Origin: a phage
Reading direction: 5' to 3' (one strand)
NCBI GenBank assembly: GCA_021469345.1
Contig: GCA_021469345.1_3049.1
DNA length: 64,000 nt
Shown piece after piece: positions 57,381 through 64,000 of this stretch (positions are counted from its first letter, which is position 1; every line of letters starts with the position of its first letter). The notes under the pieces are model-generated. The model was not told where the DNA came from and did no database searches. It saw nothing but the letters and a program-made list of their open reading frames with translations. The translations under genes were made by a program, and so were the position numbers.

Positions 57381-57866
57381 ATGATTACAGTAGATAAGTG
57401 GTTTAGAATTAATCGTGCTGATACAGGGCTGTGTAATTACTGGCCGGAACTTAGTGCAGGTACTGTCTTTAAGGTTCGTGAACTTGCAAAAGAATGTGAA
57501 GATGATATAGAGCCTGATACTGGAATTATTGAAATTGAACTTTCCGACGGAAAGATTATTAACATCTATGATAAGCCAATTACGTATTGGTGCTTGTGGA
57601 ATACTGAATCAGTCGCAACTGGCGAAATTGAAGAAGTCGTAGAACGAGTTGATCAAGCTATTCATAAACCTAAAGCCGATTTTCAAGGTGAACGTATTTC
57701 ATACGCATTAGCTAAATTAGCTGCACAAGAAAATAACGATGGCTATGAAGGTAACCTGATGCAAGCTGCCGCAGAGTACATTGAATGGCTTGAAACTCAA
57801 ATTTCTTTTTCTGACCAAAAGATTCGGCAATATAAGCGATTGAATCAAATGTTTTACAATACTTGA
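57381..57866 (+). CDS. pin: Protease inhibitor Pin (inhibitor of host Lon protease)
   Basis: 161 aa from ATG (MITVDKWFRIN); T4 PinA length and position next to gene 49. The listed ORF starts at an upstream TTG. Confidence 0.7.
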   Translation: MITVDKWFRINRADTGLCNYWPELSAGTVFKVRELAKECEDDIEPDTGIIEIELSDGKIINIYDKPITYWCLWNTESVATGEIEEVVERVDQAIHKPKADFQGERISYALAKLAAQENNDGYEGNLMQAAAEYIEWLETQISFSDQKIRQYKRLNQMFYNT

Positions 57867-57876
57867 AAATAATAAA

Positions 57877-57905
57877 TACCCTTATCTATTTAAGGTAAGG
57901 GTTTA
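57877..57905 (+). terminator. Hairpin between pin and gene 49
   Basis: ACCCTTA...TAAGGGT stem-loop followed by a T-rich tract. Confidence 0.45.
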
Positions 57906-57907
57906 TT

Positions 57908-58381
57908 ATGTTATTGACTGGCAAATTATATAAAGAAGAAAAACAGAAATTTTATGATGCACAAAATGGTAAATGCTTAATTTGCCAACGAGAACTAAAT
58001 CCTGACGTTCAAGCTAATCACCTCGACCATGACCATGAATTAAATGGACCAAAAGCAGGAAAGGTGCGTGGATTGCTTTGTAATCTCTGCAATGCCGCAG
58101 AAGGTCAAATGAAGCATAAATTTAATCGTTCTGGCTTAAAGGGACAAGGTGTTGATTATCTTGAATGGTTAGAAAATTTACTTACTTATTTAAAATCCGA
58201 TTACACCCAAAATAATATTCACCCTAACTTCGTTGGAGATAAATCAAAGGAATTTTCTCGTTTAGGAAAAGAGGAAATGATGGCTGAGATGCTTCAAAGA
58301 GGATTTGAATATAATGAATCTGACACCAAAACACAATTAATAGCTTCATTTAAGAAGCAGCTTAGAAAGAGTTTAAAATGA
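57908..58381 (+). CDS. 49: Endonuclease VII (Holliday junction resolvase) gp49
   Basis: 157 aa; CLICQ...C..C zinc motif and HLDHDHE; T4 gp49 length. Confidence 0.88.
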   Translation: MLLTGKLYKEEKQKFYDAQNGKCLICQRELNPDVQANHLDHDHELNGPKAGKVRGLLCNLCNAAEGQMKHKFNRSGLKGQGVDYLEWLENLLTYLKSDYTQNNIHPNFVGDKSKEFSRLGKEEMMAEMLQRGFEYNESDTKTQLIASFKKQLRKSLK

Positions 58382-60195
58382 CAATTGAAAAAGAAATTGA
58401 AGGATTGATTCATAAAACTAATAAAGACCTTTTAAACGAGAATGCTAATAAAGATTCTCGTGTTTTTCCAACTCAACGGGACCTTATGGCTGGTATTGTG
58501 TCTAAACACATTGCCAAAAATATGGTCCCGTCTTTTATTATGAAAGCACATGAAAGCGGAATTATCCATTTCCACGATATTGATTATTCCCCTGCTCTTC
58601 CATTTACTAATTGTTGTTTAGTAGATTTAAAAGGAATGCTTGAGAACGGGTTTAAGCTCGGTAATGCACAGATTGAAACTCCTAAATCAATTGGCGTTGC
58701 TACTGCAATTATGACACAAATTACTGCACAGGTTGCTTCCCATCAATACGGCGGAACGACTTTTGCTAATGTAGATAAAGTACTTTCTCCTTATGTTAAA
58801 CGCACCTATGCAAAACATATTGAGGATGCAGAAAAATGGCAAATCGCTGATGCGTTGAATTATGCTCAATCTAAAACAGAAAAAGACGTATACGATGCAT
58901 TCCAAGCTTATGAATATGAAGTAAATACTCTCTTTAGTTCAAACGGACAAACGCCTTTTGTAACAATTACATTTGGTACGGGAACTGACTGGACTGAACG
59001 AATGATTCAGAAAGCAATTCTGAAAAATCGTATTAAAGGCCTTGGTCGCGATGGGATAACTCCTATTTTCCCTAAGCTTGTTATGTTCGTTGAAGAAGGT
59101 GTTAATCTTTATAAAGACGATCCAAACTATGATATTAAGCAGCTTGCTCTAGAGTGTGCAAGCAAAAGGATGTATCCTGATATTATTTCAGCTAAGAACA
59201 ATAAAGCTATCACTGGTTCATCTATTCCTGTTTCTCCGATGGGATGCCGTAGTTTCTTGAGCGTATGGAAAGATTCGACTGGTAATGAAATTCTTGATGG
59301 ACGTAATAATCTTGGTGTTGTAACATTGAATCTTCCTCGCATCGCGTTAGATTCTTATATTGGAACACAGTTCAATGAACAGAAATTTATCGAATTGTTT
59401 AATGAACGAATGGATTTATGTTTTGAAGCTTTGATGTGTAGAATTAGTTCCTTAAAAGGAGTTAAAGCGACTGTTGCTCCTATTCTTTACCAAGAAGGTG
59501 CATTCGGGGTTCGTCTTAAACCTGATGACGACATAATTGAGTTATTTAAAAACGGTAGAAGTTCAGTGTCCCTAGGATACATTGGTATTCACGAATTGAA
59601 TATTCTTGTCGGTCGTGATATTGGACGAGAAATTTTAACTAAAATGAATGCTCATCTTAAACAGTGGACTGAAAGAACTGGGTTTGCTTTTAGTTTGTAT
59701 TCTACTCCTGCTGAAAACCTGTGCTATCGCTTCTGTAAACTTGATACCGAAAAATATGGAAGTGTAAAAGATGTTACCGATAAAGGCTGGTACACTAACA
59801 GTTTCCATGTTTCAGTAGAAGAAAATATCACTCCATTTGAAAAGATTTCTCGCGAAGCACCGTATCATTTCATTGCAACAGGCGGTCACATTTCTTATGT
59901 TGAACTTCCTGATATGAAAAATAACCTAAAAGGTCTTGAGGCTGTATGGGATTATGCTGCACAACATTTAGATTATTTTGGTGTTAACATGCCGGTAGAT
60001 AAGTGTTTTACGTGCGGAAGTACTCATGAAATGACTCCTACTGAAAATGGATTTGTTTGTTCTATCTGTGGAGAAACTGATCCTAAAAAGATGAACACAA
60101 TAAGAAGAACATGTGGTTATTTGGGAAATCCGAACGAACGCGGATTTAATCTCGGCAAAAATAAAGAAATCATGCATAGGGTTAAACACCAATGA
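58378..60195 (+). CDS. nrdD: Anaerobic ribonucleoside-triphosphate reductase NrdD, uninterrupted
   Basis: 605 aa; C-terminal glycyl-radical region and CxxC zinc ribbon (CFTCG...CSICG); one continuous ORF. Confidence 0.9.
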   Translation: MTIEKEIEGLIHKTNKDLLNENANKDSRVFPTQRDLMAGIVSKHIAKNMVPSFIMKAHESGIIHFHDIDYSPALPFTNCCLVDLKGMLENGFKLGNAQIETPKSIGVATAIMTQITAQVASHQYGGTTFANVDKVLSPYVKRTYAKHIEDAEKWQIADALNYAQSKTEKDVYDAFQAYEYEVNTLFSSNGQTPFVTITFGTGTDWTERMIQKAILKNRIKGLGRDGITPIFPKLVMFVEEGVNLYKDDPNYDIKQLALECASKRMYPDIISAKNNKAITGSSIPVSPMGCRSFLSVWKDSTGNEILDGRNNLGVVTLNLPRIALDSYIGTQFNEQKFIELFNERMDLCFEALMCRISSLKGVKATVAPILYQEGAFGVRLKPDDDIIELFKNGRSSVSLGYIGIHELNILVGRDIGREILTKMNAHLKQWTERTGFAFSLYSTPAENLCYRFCKLDTEKYGSVKDVTDKGWYTNSFHVSVEENITPFEKISREAPYHFIATGGHISYVELPDMKNNLKGLEAVWDYAAQHLDYFGVNMPVDKCFTCGSTHEMTPTENGFVCSICGETDPKKMNTIRRTCGYLGNPNERGFNLGKNKEIMHRVKHQ

Positions 60196-60662
60196 ATTAT
60201 GATAGATTTTATCCTTGCGATTTTGTGAATGGCCCTGGATGCAGGGTCGTTCTTTTCGTTACAGGTTGTTTGCATAAATGCGAAGGGTGTTATAATAAAT
60301 CAACATGGAATGCTAGAAATGGCGTTCCATTCACTGGTGAAACACTGGAACAATTAATTGAATGTTTGAATAATGATTATATAGAAGGATTAACTATAAC
60401 TGGAGGAGACCCTCTCTATCCTGATAACCGAGATGTTGTTCATTGCATTGTTCAAACAGTAAAAAATCTTTATCCCAATAAAAGCATTTGGTTGTGGACA
60501 GGATATAAATTTGAAGATATTAAACAACTAGAAATGCTTAAATATGTTGATGTTATTATTGATGGGAAGTATGAGAAAAATCTTCCGACTAAAAAGCTGT
60601 GGCGAGGATCAGATAATCAGCGACTTTGGTCAAATACCGATGGGGTGTGGACACATGATTAA
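60192..60662 (+). CDS. nrdG: Anaerobic NTP reductase activating protein NrdG (radical SAM)
   Basis: 156 aa; radical-SAM Cys cluster CLHKCEGC; coupled to nrdD. Confidence 0.88.
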   Translation: MNYDRFYPCDFVNGPGCRVVLFVTGCLHKCEGCYNKSTWNARNGVPFTGETLEQLIECLNNDYIEGLTITGGDPLYPDNRDVVHCIVQTVKNLYPNKSIWLWTGYKFEDIKQLEMLKYVDVIIDGKYEKNLPTKKLWRGSDNQRLWSNTDGVWTHD

Positions 60663-60777
60663 ATTGAATTACATTATGGATACTATAAATGATATGATTT
60701 TTCATTTTGGTCCAGAATTTTATTCCCAATATAGTTTAGTGCTTATCAATGCTTGGTTAATCAATTAAGGGTAAAAT

Positions 60778-60993
60778 ATGTATAAATTTCGTAAAGGTTT
60801 AGCTGATTTTCTTACAACTGTAACATTCTTTCTGTTTATGGCAGTTGGAGCTATTTTCCTTATTCCTTTTATTGCTATATTTTTCGTGATTAGCTTAATT
60901 TCTCCAGAAAAAGGCTTATCTTCTAGTGAGTTTAATGAGCGTCTGGATAAAATTACTAACAAGCTGAATGCTGTTCTTGATAAAAAGGCTTAA
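60778..60993 (+). CDS. Small membrane protein
   Basis: 71 aa with a hydrophobic helix. Confidence 0.45.
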   Translation: MYKFRKGLADFLTTVTFFLFMAVGAIFLIPFIAIFFVISLISPEKGLSSSEFNERLDKITNKLNAVLDKKA

Positions 60994-60995
60994 TT

Positions 60996-61307
60996 ATGAT
61001 TAGTTTTGAGCGGTATGTAGTAGAGAGTTGGAATGGTTTTGATATGTTCGGTAATGACTATTATTTCTATGAATGTAGTCTGAACCCAAGCTTCTGGGCT
61101 GGACGTGAACAAGACCTCGAAGAAATCAACGCTCGTGCCGATTTGTTAGGTGAACTGCCTACTACTTATTTCACCTTTGATGAATCCGGCTTCGTTATCC
61201 AGGTTTATTTTCCTGAAGAAAACTCTGGTGAGGATTCTGTTAACCCGCCATACTGGGCTTATCAAGGAATTATTTCTCGTGGAACAAAACTCGAACTTAA
61301 AGAATAA
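60996..61307 (+). CDS. Hypothetical protein
   Basis: 103 aa ORF. Confidence 0.45.
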   Translation: MISFERYVVESWNGFDMFGNDYYFYECSLNPSFWAGREQDLEEINARADLLGELPTTYFTFDESGFVIQVYFPEENSGEDSVNPPYWAYQGIISRGTKLELKE

Positions 61308-61602
61308 GATTGAAATCTATGGCATCCCCGAAGAAGTAGGTCGTTGTCCTGGATGTCAATCAGTTACAAAACTTCTAAAGGAGCTCAATGCTCCTTTTAC
61401 TTTCTATAAAGTTCTTACAAATAACGGTAAGATTGAGTATGATCGTCCACTGATTGTATCTCTTGCTAAACGCGCTGGATTCACATCTCTTAACATTCGT
61501 TATCCAGTCATTTTCATTAATGATTCCAGACAAAAGAACATTAAACACTTCAAAGAAACCCTCATTTCACTTGGATATGATAGAGATATCATAGAAGACT
61601 AA
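61279..61602 (+). CDS. nrdH: Glutaredoxin-like protein NrdH; start codon uncertain (GTG at 61279 proposed)
   Basis: KIEIYGIPEEVGRCPGCQ redox motif; no in-frame ATG near the N-terminus, but GTG at 61279 follows SD AAGGA; followed by a terminator. Confidence 0.6.
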   Translation: MEQNSNLKNKIEIYGIPEEVGRCPGCQSVTKLLKELNAPFTFYKVLTNNGKIEYDRPLIVSLAKRAGFTSLNIRYPVIFINDSRQKNIKHFKETLISLGYDRDIIED

Positions 61603-61604
61603 GA

Positions 61605-61628
61605 TGGGCCCTCTGGGCCTTTCTTTCT
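61605..61628 (+). terminator. Rho-independent terminator after nrdH
   Basis: GGCCC-TCT-GGGCC followed by TTTCTTTC. Confidence 0.55.
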
Positions 61629-61684
61629 TACATTCTGTATATTACCATTCTAAGCTATCGTTCCCTTCTTATCATTCCCTAAAA

Positions 61685-61730
61685 TATTTTTCACAAAGTT
61701 GTTTACAACAAGTTCAAACCGTGGTATTAT
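61685..61730 (+). promoter_or_regulatory. Early promoter with upstream TTTCACAAAG element
   Basis: TTTTCACAAAGTTGTTTACA with -10 in TGGTATTATT. Confidence 0.55.
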
Positions 61731-61760
61731 TAACATATGAATTGCCTTTGAGGAATTGAT

Positions 61761-61937
61761 ATGGTTGATAAAGAGATTAAAAGGGATCAGTATTATCGTG
61801 TTAACGGACATATCGTTATTGTTACAGCAGTCGATGATTTAGATGTTCATTATACTGTGATTAAATGGAACAAACGCATGATTTGTGATCGTGCTGTATT
61901 TAGTTCAGTTGCTAAGGAAATTAAACTCCATGGGTAA
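61761..61937 (+). CDS. Small hypothetical protein
   Basis: 58 aa ORF with SD GAGGA downstream of an early promoter. Confidence 0.4.
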   Translation: MVDKEIKRDQYYRVNGHIVIVTAVDDLDVHYTVIKWNKRMICDRAVFSSVAKEIKLHG

Positions 61938-62223
61938 AACGTATCGTCGTAAAGACTTGAAAGTTCGTGATTATGACTATTTCGGAAAGCGTAAAGCTCC
62001 TGATGGGGTAAGTCATAAAGATATGGTTGAAAACATTTTTCGCTCAGATAAATGGCGTAGAATGAAAGGTATTGATTCAGAAGTTAAAGATGAGCTAAAT
62101 CGTCAATTACGCGGTGAAGTAAGAAAGTTGAAAAAATCAGTTTACATTGACGATGATTTTGATTATAATACTTCTCAACGAGTTGCTAAACGTAAATCAA
62201 ACGAGTGTTATCGTTATAGCTGA
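61930..62223 (+). CDS. Hypothetical basic protein
   Basis: About 97 aa, Lys/Arg-rich. Confidence 0.45.
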   Translation: MGKTYRRKDLKVRDYDYFGKRKAPDGVSHKDMVENIFRSDKWRRMKGIDSEVKDELNRQLRGEVRKLKKSVYIDDDFDYNTSQRVAKRKSNECYRYS

Positions 62224-62230
62224 GGAAAAT

Positions 62231-62362
62231 ATGAATATCAAACGAATGCTTTTTAAGCAGGGGTTATATACTTTAAATGTTACTCCAAAAGGCGATACAA
62301 CTAAGTGGTCAGTAAATGACTGGATTAAATTTATTGATGAAAATGGTAATTGGGAAATTTAA
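62231..62362 (+). CDS. Small hypothetical protein
   Basis: 43 aa ORF with SD GAGGAAAA. Confidence 0.35.
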   Translation: MNIKRMLFKQGLYTLNVTPKGDTTKWSVNDWIKFIDENGNWEI

Positions 62363-62563
62363 ATGAATCCTGAATCTAAATTATCGCAGCGAATTGCTGA
62401 AGAACGCGCCAAATTTTTCCAGAACATGAAACACAATGGTATTGAGGATGAAGTTTTTCTAAATTGGTTCTGGAATAATAAGTATGCAGCATGTGAAGGA
62501 GCTTTGTCATTGTCAGTCGCAATGATGTACGAAGGCTGGAAGGGTGCCAAAAAGTTTAGCTAA
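62363..62563 (+). CDS. Small hypothetical protein
   Basis: 66 aa ORF followed by a hairpin terminator. Confidence 0.45.
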   Translation: MNPESKLSQRIAEERAKFFQNMKHNGIEDEVFLNWFWNNKYAACEGALSLSVAMMYEGWKGAKKFS

Positions 62564-62584
62564 GGGCTTCGGCCCTTTTTTTGG
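62563..62584 (+). terminator. Rho-independent terminator
   Basis: GGGC-TTCG-GCCC followed by TTTTTTT. Confidence 0.6.
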
Positions 62585-62617
62585 ATAATAAAATTTTAAC
62601 GTAATTGAGGATAATGT

Positions 62618-62944
62618 ATGACTATTCAAATTAAAAACGTCATTAATTCTTACGCATATGATAAAGTAGTTTCTTTGCTAGAAAAAGGCGATATTGTAAC
62701 TCCTCAAATTTTGGATAAATGGGAAAAAGAGCTTCATCAGATGATGAAACAGAATGATCAGAAGATTGGACGCAATACTGTCCGTGAATTGTTGGTTCAA
62801 TATATCTTGTCAGAATTTGATGTTAAAGCTTTTGGTGTAGAATCTAAAGCTTATCAAAAGCATGAAATTTCCGATAAAACTATTCGTCGCATGAAAAATC
62901 AACGCAAGAAAAAATTTGCAGACCTGAAAATTACTAAGGTATAA
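62618..62944 (+). CDS. Hypothetical protein
   Basis: 108 aa ORF with SD GAGGA. Confidence 0.45.
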   Translation: MTIQIKNVINSYAYDKVVSLLEKGDIVTPQILDKWEKELHQMMKQNDQKIGRNTVRELLVQYILSEFDVKAFGVESKAYQKHEISDKTIRRMKNQRKKKFADLKITKV

Positions 62945-62946
62945 TT

Positions 62947-63162
62947 ATGAACGAAGCTCTTATTAACGATTTGCGTCTTGCTGGATATGAAGTAAATACA
63001 AATGGCATTGGTTTAACTCAAATTGAAGGAAATGGATTCATCCTTGAGTATGAATTTAGCCAATGGTGGTTATATGCCAATTATGGCGAATTGATTGAAT
63101 ATGTTGACCAATTTGATTCACTAGATGCAGCTCTTGAAGCGGCTAAGTTGATGAATGTATGA
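62947..63162 (+). CDS. Hypothetical acidic protein
   Basis: 71 aa ORF. Confidence 0.4.
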   Translation: MNEALINDLRLAGYEVNTNGIGLTQIEGNGFILEYEFSQWWLYANYGELIEYVDQFDSLDAALEAAKLMNV

Positions 63163-63428
63163 AATTAATTAATATTTCTATTGCTATTGAAAATTTTGGT
63201 ATTTTCTATGTTGACCAATACATGAAAATTTCATTTTTCCCAAATAAAACTGGTGTTGGATATTGGGAAAGCCATGTTTCTGAATTAACTGGAAGTAAAT
63301 ATTCTAATACCCATAAAAAGTTTTTAGACTTTTTATATCGCGCTGATATTAATGATCATTACATAGATATTCATGAATTTAAAAAGATGATGGAGAAAGT
63401 ATTCCAAGCATACTGTTTACTTAGATAA
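63159..63428 (+). CDS. Hypothetical protein
   Basis: 89 aa ORF. Confidence 0.4.
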   Translation: MKLINISIAIENFGIFYVDQYMKISFFPNKTGVGYWESHVSELTGSKYSNTHKKFLDFLYRADINDHYIDIHEFKKMMEKVFQAYCLLR

Positions 63429-63506
63429 CTGATATCCTCTATGCTTTAAGATAGATCTTCAAATATTATGATATAATAGATCTATGAATTGAGCTAAGAG
63501 GTGAAA

Positions 63507-64000
63507 ATGTCAGAAACTAAGCCTAAATATAATTACGTAAACAATAAAGAGCTTTTACAAGCTATTATTGATTGGAAAACAGAATTAGCAAATAATAAAG
63601 ACCCAAATAAAGTAGTTCGTCAGAATGATACTATCGGATTAGCCATTATGCTTATTGCAGAAGGCTTATCTAAACGTTTCAACTTTTCAGGATACACCCA
63701 GTCTTGGAAACAAGAAATGATTGCAGATGGTATAGAAGCTTCTATTAAGGGGCTTCATAATTTTGATGAAACGAAATATAAAAACCCACATGCGTATATA
63801 ACTCAAGCTTGTTTTAATGCATTCGTCCAACGTATTAAAAAAGAACGTAAGGAAGTTGCAAAGAAATATAGTTACTTCGTTCACAATGTCTATGACAGCC
63901 GTGACGACGATATGGTTGCGTTAGTAGATGAAACTTTTATTCAAGACATCTACGATAAAATGACGCATTACGAAGAATCAACCTATAGAACACCGGGGGC
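63507..64000 (+). CDS. 55: Late-transcription sigma factor gp55, 5' part; runs off the window end
   Basis: [24 protein letters not shown]... recognised as T4 gp55; SD GAGGTG upstream. Confidence 0.85.

Noticed and set aside
61150-61278. N-terminal extension of the listed nrdH ORF (MNCLLLISPLMNPASL...)
   Set aside because: Overlaps the preceding ORF for about 150 nt in another frame and precedes the conserved glutaredoxin N-terminus; the start was moved to GTG at 61279.

Overview
This window is a T4-like (Tequatrovirus-type) myovirus genome segment, in reverse orientation relative to the standard T4 map. Bases 1-26569 (minus strand) hold the late morphogenesis block in T4 order: 22 (partial), 21, 68, 67, 20, 19, 18, 17, 16, 15, 14, 13, wac, 12, 11, 10, 9, 8, 7, 6, 5.4, 5.1, 5, 53. 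Bases 26617-64000 (plus strand) hold 4, 2, 3, 1, 57A, 57B, ipI, a cluster of eight tRNAs interrupted by the GIY-YIG endonuclease segB, the T4-type stable RNA region, e.x-like small genes, nudE, e (lysozyme), a second internal protein, the vs/regB/tk/rI region, a long accessory block, nrdC, pin, 49, nrdD (no intron), nrdG, nrdH and the start of gene 55. Protein identifications rest on recognisable sequence, length and gene order recalled from T4; no database search was run. It is a close T4 relative rather than T4 itself (for example the lysozyme differs from the remembered T4 sequence at two positions). Regulation is T4-like: TATAAATA late promoters, GTTTAC/-10 early promoters, some embedded in repeated stem-loop cassettes, and GC-hairpin terminators. 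The most interesting signals are: (1) an extra internal-protein-like gene with a capsid-targeting leader whose reading frame is split at an A8 tract and which is flanked by 30-bp direct repeats; (2) four tandem divergent paralogs with coiled-coil tails; (3) a nucleotidyltransferase / small protein / AAA+ ATPase trio next to a seg-like endonuclease; (4) a macro-domain protein; (5) a GrcA-like glycyl-radical protein whose C-terminus matches the E. coli protein as I remember it.
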